Notes under the pieces: generated by a model
What the model saw: only the letters and a program-made list of their open reading frames with translations
What the model was told of the DNA's origin: nothing
The model's database searches: none
Position numbers and translations under genes: made by a program
Source of the DNA: Octopus sinensis
Lineage: Eukaryota
Assembly (NCBI RefSeq): GCF_006345805.1
Contig: NC_042997.1
Coordinates: 23,002,001 to 23,066,000, forward strand
Reading direction: 5' to 3'
DNA: 64,000 nt
Shown: positions 1-12,793 of the stretch, in pieces
How positions within the stretch are numbered: the stretch's first letter is position 1
Layout of the letters: the number at the start of each line of letters is the position of its first letter

Positions 1-284
1 AACCAAAATCTTTGGTGATATAGACCTACTTCTGTAGACCTGTCAAGCCAAGTGAGACTAGTCATGGCTGATGCTGGTGTAAAGTCATTAGCACTCGTGC
101 TGGTGGCACGTAAAAAATACCCACTACACTTTTGGAGTGGTTGGTGTTGGGAAGGGTATCCAGCCCATAGAAACCTTGCCAAATCAGATTGGAACCTGGT
201 GCAGCTCTCTGGCTTACCAGTTTTCAAACTGTCCAGCCTGCGCCAGCATGGAAAGTGGATGTTAATGATGATGATGATGATGAT
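1..284 (+). mobile_element. RTE-type LINE 3' UTR fragment with (GAT)n tail
   Basis: gtggttggtgttgggaagggtatccagc motif, ...gcatggaaagtggatgttaa(tga)n end. Confidence 0.8.
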
Positions 285-862
285 TTCCTTGGAATGATGG
301 AAACAAGGTAGACAACCATTAAGATTTGAATTTATAACACAACCCAACTAAAACTACAAACTACTTAGCATGATATTCTATTAAAAATAAATAAATGCGC
401 CCTTTTAAAGCCTAGGCAGGCTCATGGGCCCAGTTTCCCGGTTTCTATGGCGTATGTGTTCTCCAGCTGGACGGGACTCTATTAGTTTGACCAATTTTGG
501 AGAAATGAGAAACACTTCTTGCATTTTATTTTACCATTTTAAACAAAAACAAATGAAATATTTTTCTGATATTTTCCCTCATTATGCTTTTAAAAATTAG
601 CAAGACCTTTATTTTAAATATTATGTCAGCATTAACTCCTGTCCAAGCATTAAATCTATAGTGAGTGAGTGAGTGAGCTTTTTTATCTTGATTTTAAATA
701 CTAATTAGTTAACAATGAATTGGAACAGCTATCTCTTGACAGAACATTTTTTTAATTGTTTTATTGTAGCATTTACTCAAGCAGCTGCCAAAAAACTAGA
801 TATAATATTGTTGATTTGTATAAAATATGCAACTAAAAATGTTTACATTTTTTTTTATCTAG

Positions 863-1012
863 GAAGTAAGATGTTTGCAAGATAATTATGAGAAATTATC
901 TGATGACTGTCAAGAAGCTGTACGTACCTTCACTGAAGATGAAGATGAAAACATTGAACTGGATGCTATTCTCATTCGAGCATGTACACCTATGATAAAA
1001 AAATTCTGTGAA
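863..1012 (+). CDS. GLG1: GLG1 internal exon A (first in window; gene starts upstream)
   Basis: tag|...|gtaagc; EVRCLQDNYEKLSDDCQEAVRTFTEDEDENIELDAILIRACTPMIKKFCE resembles the GLG1 Cys-rich repeat (ECLQDH...LMRACEPIIQNFC); phase 0-0. Confidence 0.93.
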
Positions 1013-2171
1013 GTAAGCATTTTTATGAAATTATTATGTAAATGTCTTAACTTTCTTTTATTTCCACATTTTTTCTTGCCAGATGACTTTATTTGGTAGT
1101 TTATTTGAACAATCAGCTGAGCTGATTAGTAGTAGTTTGTATCCTATAACTAATGTTGCATTGTGCCTCCGACCAAGTACACCTACCTGCAAGTAAATAG
1201 TCCAGTGCTGTAAAATCAAAAGAGTTTGCTAGAGATTTCATAACTTCAACAGAAATATTAATGCACATGTTGGAAACATTCAGATGGGTAAACGTACATC
1301 TTTGCATCTTAGAATGAAGATGTAAATGAATTTAATATGTGCAACACAATCATTGGAAAAGCAGATAATTATATATTTCTCAAATTAAGCTGAGAGTTAC
1401 ATTGATTTTTCTACTTTACAGGAATCTATACATACAAATTGTTGCAAAAATGTAAGCAATGTACTCTAAATAGTTTATTGTTTTGGGGTAGTAAAGTCAG
1501 TGAGGATAAAGACATGGAGAACATACTGAAATGATGGAATTTGTAAGGGTTAGTTCATGCATCTATAACAAACACTTGAATTGGGAAACTGCATGTAGAA
1601 AGAGAATTCATGGAGTAGAAGACTTGTGCATATTTTTCAGAAGCAACTATCTGTTTTTGTGGTGGCACAGTATATAGAAGCTTGGCAGAAGGGCAACCAT
1701 AGAAAAGTGTTTGCCTGTGTATGTGGGTTTTAAAAGTAAAAATGAAGGGTGGAGTATCATAAGCAAAATTTTCATAAAGTCATAAAATTTTGAATATGAA
1801 AACACTATAAATTCACTCTGGAAGAAAATGATTAGTGAATGTATTTAGGTGGCTTCCACTCTGTGATTTGCAGCTGAACTGTTGTTAGCAGTAAGAAGGG
1901 TATCTAAGTGTAAAAAGGTTACTTCACAAATATAATCTTCAAGCATGAAAGAATGCATGTGAAACTTAAAAATATCTCTTCCAACTAATTTTGTTTTCCA
2001 CAGTTCTTAAAATTAATAGTATTTTTTTTTAATATATGTAGCATGATTAAAAAAAAATATGTTCATACTTTTATCAGATTGTTCTAATAAGATTTTGTGT
2101 TTCTCTATCAAATGCATTAATAAATCTAAATAATTTTGGCTTGAGTAAAATTAATTAAATTTTAATCAAAG

Positions 2172-2285
2172 GATCAATTAGATAATGATGTCGATCCATC
2201 TGAAGTAATGGACTGCTTAATTGAACACAAACATCACCAAGATATGAATAGAAAATGTGGTGCTGGAGTTGAACATCATCAACTG
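2172..2285 (+). CDS. GLG1: GLG1 exon B
   Basis: aag|...|gtaaat; DQLDNDVDPSEVMDCLIEHKHHQDMNRKCGAGVEHHQL, cf. human MECLIQNKHQKDMNEKCAIGVTHFQL. Confidence 0.93.
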
Positions 2286-3155
2286 GTAAATTACTATTTC
2301 TTTATCTTAAAGTAACTTAAACAGTAAAAACCTTTGTTTCTTCTCTTAACTGATATGTTGCTAATTTGTATTCTCAGTGGGTATCATTATGAATTTTTGA
2401 AAATGCTTAAATCTAACTTCTACTGTCCTTTTCTTGGAGAGCATCCAAAAAGAAACATTTTGATACCTCATTTGTGAAGCTTGGTTGAATATTGTAGGAA
2501 AAATGACAATTTGAATGATCAGTGAATTGGTCAAAATTTTGACTAATTGGCCTAAATTAATAATTAGCCATATTTGTGATGTCATATCTTTGAAACAGGT
2601 GATAATCATCTTCAAATTTCACAAATTGGAATAGCAGTTGCCTATTTATTTTCAGGTTCTTGAAAATGAAAATTTTTTTTGCAATTTATTTTTATGTAAA
2701 GGTTATTTTGTTGCATGTAACAAAAATGTCAATTGCACAGTGTTTTCCAACCTAGTGAAATCCACAAAGTAAAAGCCACAGCACTTGATTTATGGCACAT
2801 TTGTAGTAGTAGGTGTAGAGCTAAATAAATCCTGAGATTTTTGGACATAGTACTATTTCAATAAAATTTTAATGGACTATTAAAAATGGCTGTAACACCC
2901 AAGTGACCCCTTTTTTTTTTTTTGTCTCAGATGATTATCAGTCCATATCCTGTCAGCTATTTGGACTTTGATTTCAGTATCCATAAATCTATGAAAAGAT
3001 GAATGTACAAATTATTGCCATCTTCAATTGCCAAAGGACAACACATTGAAAAACTTATATCAAAATTTTCAAGAATATTATTGTTGTTACTTTAGAAAAA
3101 ATATTTTATTAAAATTTCAATATTTGTAGCAATTTTTCTCCTTTTCTATTTGTAG

Positions 3156-3244
3156 ATCCTTTTAAAAGATTATCGATTCAGCTTTAAATTTAAAGAATCT
3201 TGTAAGCGATCTGTTGCAGCCCACTGTAAGAATAAGAAAACGAA
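3156..3244 (+). CDS. GLG1: GLG1 exon C
   Basis: tag|...|gtaagt; ILLKDYRFSFKFKESCKRSVAAHCKNKKT, ends phase 2. Confidence 0.95.
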
Positions 3245-3828
3245 GTAAGTTTGTGATTGAATTATTAAACTTTTAAATTTGAAATTAGATAGATAAATGC
3301 TTTGTACAACAATTGTTTTTATAATTTTACAATAATTTTTTACTGTGGCTTTCTTTTCATTTTCATCATAATTTCCTGATCATGAGATCAATCGATGGAA
3401 TATATGTAATGTTTCAAACAAATTATTTGGATAAATGTTTAAAATGTTCATATTGTTATGTGACAAATGCTATGTGTATGTTTGTGTGTAGATAGTAGTC
3501 ATCATCATCACCGCTTTAATGTCCACTTTTCATGCTTACATGGGTTGGACAGTGTTTATTGAGGCAGATTTTAGTTTCTCAACCTGACAGTGCTTTCAGT
3601 ACATGAAGTGTCTACTTGACTTGTGCACAAACATTTCAGAATATTGTTCTGATATTCCATTTTCGAATCAATAATGAGAATTGCATAATTTTAAGTATTT
3701 GGACTGTCAAAGTAAGTTACAGCAGATGACAAAGGATTTCTTCCAGAACATACACTTGAACAACATATATAAACCATCATTTATTGGAAGAGTAGAGGCA
3801 TTTTTATATCTTTCACTAATGCCTCTTT

Positions 3829-3861
<33 letters not shown>

Positions 3862-4040
3862 TAATATTAAAGAGACACAAGAGTGCATATATTCTTGTAA
3901 TAAATAATAGTCAATGTATGTTGTTCATGTGTATGCTGTAACCTACTTTGACAGTCTAGATACTTTGAATATATTATGCATTCACATTGTGTACTCAAGA
4001 AGACCCACCTACCACAACGGAATTGGGATTCTAAAACCAG

Positions 4041-4510
4041 TCTAGATGAGATACAGTTTGGTTTTGTGACAGGTAGAACCACTACTGATGCTATATTTCT
4101 GGTAAGGCAAGTGCAGAAGAAATACCTAGCCAAAGATAAATCCATTGCACTTTGAGTGGTTGGCATTAGGAAGAGCATCCAACCATAGGAAACCATGCCA
4201 AATCAGACTGGAGTCTGGTGCAGCCTTCCAGCGTGCCAGCCCAGTCAAACCATCCAACCCATGCCAGCATGGACAACAGATGTTAAATTATGATGACGAT
4301 GAAGGTGCCATGTAAAATGCATTTGTGTAGGTGCTGGTGCCATGTAAAAAGCACCCAGTACACTCTAAAGTGGTTGGGTCTCCAGCCGTAGAAATCAAGC
4401 TAAAACAGACTATGGAATCCTGGTGCAGCCCTTGACATTGCTAGTTCCTGTGAAGCCATCCAACCCATTCCACTGTGGAAAATGGGTGTTAAATGATGAT
4501 GATGATAGTA
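4041..4510 (+). mobile_element. RTE RT fragment plus two RTE 3' tails
   Basis: LDEIQFGFVTGRTTTDAIFLVRQVQKKYLAKDK at 4041-4140, then two tail copies ending in (GAT)n. Confidence 0.8.
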
Positions 4511-4582
4511 ATGATGACATTACTGATATGAATGTTACTTCTCTTAGAATTTCTTCTATTAATATTTAATTCATATTTTTAG

Positions 4583-4697
4583 GCCTGATGTTATTGCTTG
4601 TCTAAGTGAACATGTTCGCAATGACACATTATTAGATGAAAAACATCGCATTGAGAAAGATTGTCGACACCAACTCAGAGTAGAACTTTTACAAAGA
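4583..4697 (+). CDS. GLG1: GLG1 exon D
   Basis: tag|...|gtaagc; (K)PDVIACLSEHVRNDTLLDEKHRIEKDCRHQLRVELLQR. Confidence 0.95.
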
Positions 4698-4857
4698 GTA
4701 AGCAAAGCTTTTCTATTCTGCTTTATTAATTCCACTCGCTCTATTTAAAAAAACAAAAATTGTGCATAAATGTAAAATGTATTAAATGTTTTGAGTGTAA
4801 TCTGTTTATTCTTGCAAAACAAATATTTTAGATATTTCAAGTGAGTAGGACAAAGTA

Positions 4858-6113
4858 TTGGTTGTCGGTTAAATTTGTTTGTTAACATTTATTTATTTGA
4901 ATCTTTATCTTTCATCAAGAATTTTAACAAATCATTATTATTTTCTTCGTTGTTCACAACTTTTTGCTAATATTCTGCTAGCTTGTGAGCATGTTGATGG
5001 TAGAAGTCACCAAGTTTTAACACAATTATTCATCAATTCATGTTTTACTCCATTTTGTTACATGAAACTCCTTGCAGACTGGTGGAGAGTAACCGAAAAA
5101 AATGGTGATAATCTGAAGGTATTATATCAAGAGAATATGGTGGGTGGAGTAGAACTTCTCAATCAAGCTCTTGAATTGCACTTTTGGTCAGATTAGCAAT
5201 GTTATTCACGGGGTTGTTTCACTTGCATTGCTTTGTTGATCCAGTGCATTTGTTGAATGTAAAGATTGGCATTAAATAGGTGATTGTTTTCAAGCATTTC
5301 ATAGTGGATTAGCCCTTTCTAATCTCATTAAATGCAGATAATTGTCCTGTGTGGAGTCTACTCTGGCTTAACTCAAGATGGTGCTTGCTTGTTGAGACTC
5401 AGCCATTTTCCCTCTGCTTTATATTGATGTAAAGACCCCATTTTTCATCACTGGTGATGATGTAGTAAAAGGGTGGGGTAGGGGTTTTGGGACACTATCA
5501 TGATTGTATCCCATCTGCTGCGTCAGTTCTGTGGTAGGTTGGCATAGGTCTTTATGGATGAGCTCATTCAATTGATCCTAATGGCCGTCTGCCAGCCTCG
5601 TCTGGCACCTGTGTCGGTGGCACATAAAAAAACACCATCCGAGCGTGGCCGTCTGCCAGCCTCGTCTGGCACCTGTGTCGGTGGCACATAAAATCACCCA
5701 CTACACTCTCGGAGTGGTTGGCGTTAGGAAGGGCATCCAGCTGTAGAAACACTGCCAGATCTGACTGGCCTGGTGTAGCCTTCGGGCTTGCCAGACCCCA
5801 GTTGAACCGTCCAACCCATGCTAGCATGGAAAGCGGACGTTAAACGATGATGATGATGATGAATTGAAGAGATCAACCAGAATGTGGAAAGTGTGAGGTT
5901 GAATTTCCTCTCCATTTCTGTGCAGTTCTTCTAGTAATAATGTTTTTGCTTGTATACAGCACAAATATCTTGAGTAGCTTTGGTAGCTTGATTGAAAGTG
6001 AAGAGAAGTCAGTGTTCAAAATGTTATATGTTTAAAGTGAGATAGAGTTTATTCAGATTTCAGATACATGAAACAGAAGTTGTAGTGGAAGAATAGCATA
6101 TCTGACAACCAAA
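4858..6113 (-). mobile_element. Decayed mariner (Tc1/mariner) transposon
   Basis: Minus strand gives ICAVY...RTAQKW, IITSDEKW and LHPPYSLDIIPSDYH with stops and deletions; TIR remnants ttggttgtcgg / ctgacaaccaaa flanked by TA (4856-57, 6114-15). Confidence 0.85.
5583..5860 (+). mobile_element. Young RTE-tail element with 62-64 bp tandem units, nested in the mariner
   Basis: Near-identical to 9926-10272; interrupts the transposase between ...SLQF and DQLNELIH... Confidence 0.88.
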
Positions 6114-6742
6114 TAGTTCCTGTAATCCTCTTCTGCAGCTTTTCCCAAAACTCCCTGAATCCAATTCTCTACACATATGTACTCTATATTTTACCTTTCA
6201 CTTGTTACATGGTATCACATATTGAGAATTGCATCTGGGAATTTAGTGTTCTTTTGTTAAGCCTAATTCCAATTTCTATAGAGCAGGAATGAAGGCAATA
6301 TACTATTACAGGTACCTAGTTTGAACCTAGAAGTAAGAAAAAAAAAAGCAAGTCTTCCTTATATTTAAGCACAGTGGAAAGTGGGGAAACTATTCATTGT
6401 AATGTATAATGTCTATTTGCTATTCATTTATGAATCATTTAAAATGATACAGGAGTTAAACTATTAACGTTGCTTACATTTTAAGATTCTAATTTTTTAT
6501 TCTAATGTAATGAAAGTAACCTCATTCGTATGTCATTGGACTTGGTATTTACTTTTCCATAAGATGATGATTTTCATACCTTTTAGCATATAAAGTATAT
6601 TTTGTCTTTATTGAGAATAAATTTAATTATTCTCAATTACAATTTCTATATCAGTGACTGTCCTCATTCTTTTTGTAAATTTTCAAATTTGTTTTTCAAT
6701 TTCTGATTTTTATATATATTTTTTTTATCTTTGTAATTATAG

Positions 6743-6835
6743 AGTGAAAGCTTGAATTTAGACCCCGAGTTAAAAAAAGCATGTGAATTGGACAGAAAAA
6801 AGTTTTGTGCTCATAAGTCTCCAGGAAATGCTCAA
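6743..6835 (+). CDS. GLG1: GLG1 exon E
   Basis: tag|...|gtaaat; SESLNLDPELKKACELDRKKFCAHKSPGNAQ. Confidence 0.95.
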
Positions 6836-7866
6836 GTAAATATTATATACTGTATTTTAATTTTTTTTCCTGTTGTAATGTCTCTGTTTTAATATTACTT
6901 CACTGAATTAAAAGAGAACAGTGGTGCTCCTGCATGACCGCAGCCACATGGTTGAAATGAGTAAAAGAGTAAGTCTTGAAAATTTTTTTTTTTTTTTTTT
7001 TGCATTTCAAATCCTTTTATGTCCGCAGTATCTCCATTATCTACTAGCAGAGGTAACCAGCGTTTCCTGGGAATAAAACTGTTCCTTATATATTAGAAGA
7101 AAAAAGGCAAAATATGTTGTTTAGAAATTTGTTATTCTTGATTCAATTTATTCTTCAGTTGAGATACATGATGAAATCAGTTTGCTGTTGTTATGCAGAG
7201 GTCTCTAGAGACCTTATTCTGGCTGCCTGTACTTGTCTTTGCTTCACTGCAGAATATTGGTCATCTACATCTACCTTGTCTCTTTCTGTGGAGAGTGAGA
7301 ACATTTTTCTCAGAAACTATTTTGAAGATCAAAATAGGGATCCAATAAAAAATGAATGAAAGCTACGTGAATATCTTCACAAGAGTGATTGAAATTAATA
7401 GCAATTGTGGAACACCACGTGCACACACACACAAACATCAACGTCTCTTTCTACCCCGCTTTCCCCCCTCTCTTTGTGCCAGCTTTCTTTCACCTTCATC
7501 TATAGAACATACAGTATCAAACATCAGCATCTCCTACTATTCCTCTCTCTTTCAACTTCTTCTATAGAAACTTGTTTTGTCTCTCTGTTTTTTTCTCTCT
7601 TCTTTCTGTCTTTTCTCATTTTGTTTCTCTCTCACCCTCTGTTCCTCTCTTTTAGTCTATGTCTGTTTCTTTCACTCTCTCTCTCTTTCTTTCTAACTCA
7701 CTCACACACACTATTTACATGTCTCCCTCTATCGTAAAACATGGCAAATGAGATTGAGAAGTAGAGCCACTTCCTCACTTAACTTCTCTGTTTCTTTCTC
7801 TCCTCACTCACTCCCTCATTGGCATTAGGCACAGATATACAAATATATATATATATATATATATAT

Positions 7867-8045
7867 CATCATCGTTTAACGTCCGTTTTCCATGCTGGCA
7901 TGGGTTGGACGGTTTGACCGGGGTCTGGGAAGCCAGGAGGCTGCACCAGGCTCCAGTCTGATCTGGCAGTGTTTCTACAGCTGGATGCCCTTCCTAACGC
8001 CAACCACTCTGTGAGTGTAGTGGGTGCATTTTACGTGCCACCAGC

Positions 8046-8046
<1 letters not shown>
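7867..8046 (-). mobile_element. RTE-tail element inserted in an (AT)n microsatellite
   Basis: catcatcgtttaacgtccg...gcccttcctaacgcc; (AT)n on both sides. Confidence 0.88.
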
Positions 8047-8078
<32 letters not shown>

Positions 8079-8224
8079 TAGATATATAGATAGATATTTC
8101 ATATTCTCTCTTTTTCTCTTACTTATCCCTGGAAGTAAAATAAGTATCTTATTGGAAAAAGTTTTGGAAACTAAAATGTGATTTCATTTAAAAAAATGAT
8201 TTAATTTGAATGAATACAATTACT

Positions 8225-8620
8225 TTTATTCTTTTACTTGTTTCAGCCATAAGACTGTGGCTTTGCTGTAGCACCACCTTTAGAGGGTTTAGTCAATCAA
8301 ATCAACACCAGTATTTATTTTAAAGTCTCAGGACTTATTTTACTCAATGTTTCTTTTCTTGCTTAACTGTTAAGTTACAAGAATGTAAACAAACCAACAC
8401 TAGTTGTCAAATAGCGAGAGACAAACAGAAACACAAGGCGCGCGCACGCACGCACACACACACACACACACACACGTGCAGTGGGCTTCTACACAGTTTC
8501 ATCTATCAAAGTCACTCAGAAGATATTAGTCATGCTGAAGCTATAGTAGAAGGTACTTGCCCAAGATACAATACAGTGATACTGAATCCCAAATGACATA
8601 GTTGTGAAGCGCACATTCTT
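8225..8620 (-). mobile_element. tRNA-derived CORE-type SINE (octopus OR2-like), old
   Basis: Same layout as 17004-17405 with an internal (CA)n; diverged. Confidence 0.75.
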
Positions 8621-9037
8621 TACTATCATAGTTTGTTTCTATTTAATTCAGAATTTGTCAAATTTCGTTACCTTTAATTATGATGACATCTTGAATAATT
8701 AAAATATTTTTTTTAAATGGTGAACACTCACACGCTTTGTTTGAAACTATTTTGTTATGATTTAGGGGCAAATTTATAATGTTTGTGTCTTCTAAAATTT
8801 GTGTAAATTGCCCTGTACTCATTTTCCCTGATAGTATTTTCTGAAGCTATATTTTAATTATATAAAGCAATATAGTATTAAAAATCTGTTGTATGTATTT
8901 AGTATTATCTAAGTTAAAGATATTTAATTTGGAATCTTATTGAAAAATTGAAATTTTTTATATAACATTTTTCTCTTTTTCTCATCAAAAACTTTTGTAG
9001 ACTATTATTGACTGCAATATATTTTTTATTTAACTAG

Positions 9038-9109
9038 ATTATTGAATGCTTAAAAGAACACCAACCCCGTCTTTCTGATAGTTGTCATAAGGTTATCTTT
9101 AAAAGAGAG
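9038..9109 (+). CDS. GLG1: GLG1 exon F
   Basis: tag|...|gttagt; IIECLKEHQPRLSDSCHKVIFKRE. Confidence 0.94.
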
Positions 9110-9340
9110 GTTAGTATACTTCATATACTGTTTCTTCTATTACTTATTGCATTCTCCCCTCCTCTGATCATTCTTCATTATGTTTCGTACATACAGATTG
9201 CATTTAATAGTTTACAATCCTTCCTCCTATGAATAATAACCACAATAACTACATTCATTTATTTTGATAGTCTAAGACCTCCTCTCTCCTTTTATAGACA
9301 TTTCTGATTCTTTTCTTTCTTTTTCTTCTGTCCTACAAAG

Positions 9341-9406
9341 AAAGCTGATAGCATTGATAACAGCATTGATTATACTTTGAAAGTAGTCTGCAAGAAAATG
9401 ATCAAA
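9341..9406 (+). CDS. GLG1: GLG1 exon G
   Basis: long polypyrimidine tract, aag|...|gtaagt; KADSIDNSIDYTLKVVCKKMIK. Confidence 0.93.
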
Positions 9407-9545
9407 GTAAGTACTACAAATTTTATTTTACTTAAGTAAATAGCAATTTTTGTGCAATTGTCTAAAAAAAATCTTTTAATGTGTGTGTCTGTGTGTGTTT
9501 TTAGCATGTAGAGGAAGAGTGAGAGGATAGTATTTTTTTACATTA

Positions 9546-9857
9546 TGTATTTGTTTTGCAAGATTCTTGTTGTGAAATCATGTGTTGAAACAGATATTGT
9601 TATATTTGGTGATGGTCATTTTTTGCCAATTAAACACATACACTATTTATTTGATTTTCACTTTAGCCTTATTATTATTAATATTTTTAGTTTATTTGTC
9701 AAAGTTCAGAGAGTTGTTAAAGAGATCACAGAATGCATGACAAAAGAACTTTGACAAATAAACTAAAAATATTAATAAGGCTGAAGTGGGGATCAGATAA
9801 ATAGTGCATGTGCTTAATTAGCAAAGGACGACCATCCCCAAACATAACAGTGTTTTT
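9546..9857. mobile_element. Palindromic MITE-like element
   Basis: Arms about 9588-9707 and 9746-9857 are reverse complements; related pieces at about 54480-54710 and 55190-55430. Confidence 0.75.
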
Positions 9858-9925
9858 GTAGTTTTTAGAAAATGTTAGAATGTTGCGTAAAATCCCATTT
9901 GGTTTGTGAGCTGCAAGTTTCTTTT

Positions 9926-10272
9926 CGCCAGCCTCGTCTGGCACCTGTGTCGGTAGCACATAAGAAAAACACCGAAAACACCATATCCGAGCGTGGCTGT
10001 CTGCCAGCCTCGTCTGGCACCTGTGTCGGTGGCACATAAAAAACACCATCCGAGCGTGGCCGTCTGCCAGCCTCGTCTGGCACCTGTGTCGGTGGCACAT
10101 AAAATCACCCACTACACTCTCGGAGTGGTTGGCGTTAGGAAGGGCATCCAGCTGTAGAAACACTGCCAGATCTGACTGGCCTGGTGTAGCCTTCGGGCTT
10201 GCCAGACCCCAGTTGAACCGTCCAACCCATGCTAGCATGGAAAGCGGACGTTAAACGATGATGATGATGATG
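9926..10272 (+). mobile_element. Young RTE-tail element with about 3 tandem units
   Basis: 3' part matches 5583-5860; (GAT)n tail. Confidence 0.88.
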
Positions 10273-10545
10273 TGTGGTTCCCATTCTCCCAATATTTTCA
10301 TTAGTTTCTTCATCTTCATATATTGGTGCTATTAGAAATGCTGGTCAGTGTGCAACACAATGCCATTAATAGGTGAAAGTTGGCTAGATAAGAAAACATA
10401 CAGAAGATGAATTATAACACTATTAATCAGTTAAGCAATCAAATAATGTTAAAAGAAGAAAAAAAAAAACAAAAACACCTGTAAAAGACAATTACATCAA
10501 GCAGGAAGTAGCACAGAAGAGTAACAGGTATATGATAGATACGAA

Positions 10546-10775
10546 GGCGGCGAGCTGGCAGAATCGTCAGCGCGCCGGGCGAAATGCGTAGCCGTATTTC
10601 GTCTGCCGTTACGTTCTGAGTTCAAATTCCGCCGAGGTCGACTTTGCCTTTCATCCTTTCGGGGTCGATTAAATAAGTACCAGTTATGCACTGGGGTCGA
10701 TGTAATCGACTTTATCTGTGTGTCTGTCCTTGTTTGTCCTCTCTGTGTTTAGCCCCTTGTGGGTAGTAAAAAAAT
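10546..10775 (+). mobile_element. tRNA-derived SINE with 16-bp TSD
   Basis: A box TGGCAGAATCG, B box GAGTTCAAATTCC; central gtcgactttgcctttcatcctttcggggtcgat...gtaccag (Meta-domain-like); TSD aggtatatgatagata at 10526-10541 and 10776-10791. Confidence 0.92.
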
Positions 10776-10967
10776 AGGTATATGATAGATATTTAAAGTG
10801 TTGTAAGTTTCAGTTTGATCACAATAAATGTGATATGATTAAGCTTTCGTAATTTTTTTTTTTTGTTATCATAAATCTAAGAGTTAGGCGTTAAACATTT
10901 ATTCATTGCTAAAATGTTTGTACTTCAAAACTATTATATAATTTACTTTTTAACTTTGCTTTTCTAG

Positions 10968-11091
10968 CATTACTGCAGCAACTACAAATCTGTAGAAATT
11001 TTATATTGTTTGAAACAACACAAAAACGATGAAGACTTTGATCCAAATTGTAGGCAAATTGTTATTCAGCGACAGAAACTTCAGAATACAG
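10968..11091 (+). CDS. GLG1: GLG1 exon H
   Basis: tag|...|gtaggt; HYCSNYKSVEILYCLKQHKNDEDFDPNCRQIVIQRQKLQNT, ends phase 1. Confidence 0.95.
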
Positions 11092-11618
11092 GTAGGTTTG
11101 AAGCATTTCTTATTTCTCTAAAAACTATAATGTTACTTGTACCTTTGAAAATAAAGCTTCATTTTCATTTCTCTTCATGTAAGCAATACCAGATGAGTTT
11201 ACCAACCTATGTTCATTTTATAACTGGTAGAGGAATAAATACCCAGAACTGATTATGCCTGAGTTTGGTACTAGAACAAGCTTTTAGCTATTCATCATAT
11301 TTACATATATTGATACATTACAAATAATTGCTAAACTGTTGGTCTTCAAAACAGAATATTTTTTTAAAAACTAGTTTAGATAGCAAAGATATCTGTATGT
11401 TTCCCAGCAGAAAGATTGTTCTGTTAAAAATTGACTGACCTAATTAATACCTATGGCTAAATACTTTCATTGGTAAAATATATATTTGGAATTTTTACAT
11501 GATGAAAGCAACTTCTTGACTCTAAAATTCTTTCAATTAAAAAATTTTTTATTGCGTTTATTTTTGTGTAATTGTCTTTGAAAACCAGGATTAATTTCTA
11601 AAGTAATTTCTTTTTCAG

Positions 11619-11761
11619 ATTATCGCCTAAATCCTCAGCTTCAGCAGGCATGTAAAATGGATATTAATAAATTTTGCTATCAAATAATTATTAACACCAA
11701 AAAAGATCAAGACCTTGAAGGCAAAGTCATTAATTGCTTAAAAAAGCAGTTTGTTCATCAA
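11619..11761 (+). CDS. GLG1: GLG1 exon I
   Basis: cag|...|gtaagt; (D)YRLNPQLQQACKMDINKFCYQIIINTKKDQDLEGKVINCLKKQFVHQ. Confidence 0.95.
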
Positions 11762-11795
11762 GTAAGTTATTTTAAATTTAGCATTTTAGTAATAA

Positions 11796-12295
11796 CTAGC
11801 AGTATAGCCTGGCATTGCCTGGGATTAAGTTAGGATTATTAAGCTAATCAAGCACTTCGTTTCAAACCGAACTAAGTAATACTAACGTCAGATTTAAGTG
11901 AAATCCATTGGAAATAGTAAACATCTGGCTGAAAATGGGTTGCAGATAATTTGATTGGAAAATCCCATAAGGAACTGGTTTATTGATTTCTTTCCACTCA
12001 TTGATATTTTTTTTTTCTTTTTTCTTTTGAGCATTTAAAGCATTCAAAGATCCCATGAGTCCTGAGTAACACTGGCATCAATTTTGAACAAAATACGTCA
12101 AAATTGGTAAAAGTTATGGTTGAAAATGGGGTGTAGCCAATTTTAGTGGGAAATCCTATAAGAAATCGGTTTATCAATTTTTCATCCTGGTTGAATGGAA
12201 AACCCCATAAGGAATCAGTTTATTGATTTTTCACCCAAATAGGACTTAACCGAACACAGCATTGCTGATTCAAAAAATCTATATTTATACTTTAA
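11796..12295 (-). mobile_element. Non-autonomous Helitron, degenerate
   Basis: 3' end a|ctagcagtatagcctggcattgcctggg resembles the Helitron end at 50497; internal repeated ...aaatcccataaggaa... units; 5' end uncertain. Confidence 0.6.
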
Positions 12296-12546
12296 AGTTG
12301 GTTTTCACACCCAACCCAGTTCTACAGAATCAGTGTTGTAACAGGAAGGCATGAGTTGGGAGTTTGACCAGCAGAGGTAGTCAGGCTGCAAATGCCGGCC
12401 CTTTCAAAAACCCCCCCATCATGTAACCCCTCCTTGGCCCATGGGTTGGGAACCCTTCCGTCAAGGAAAACAGAACACCCAAAAGGGCTCACAATCCTCT
12501 GTCAGAAGAGGTTACGTTCAGATCACAACTAAGCCTAAGCTAACCT

Positions 12547-12754
12547 AGCGAAAGGGTGCTTGGGAGCCTCTAAAAGGCAGCGAATAATCCTGATCTAGTC
12601 CTAACCCCTCCTAGGGGTACTATTGGTCAAGGCTGCATTGAAGATCTGCACTAAAGAAGGTTGCATCAAAGGTTTGCATGCTATTATATATATATATATA
12701 TATATATATGTACAATCAATATGCCATATATATAATAGAGAATTTGGCATATTG

Positions 12755-12793
<39 letters not shown>

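Noticed and set aside
12308-12546. GC-richer block that could be an RTE 5' end with an HDV-like ribozyme
   Set aside because: I could not build the nested double-pseudoknot pairings by eye. A structure-descriptor search is needed.
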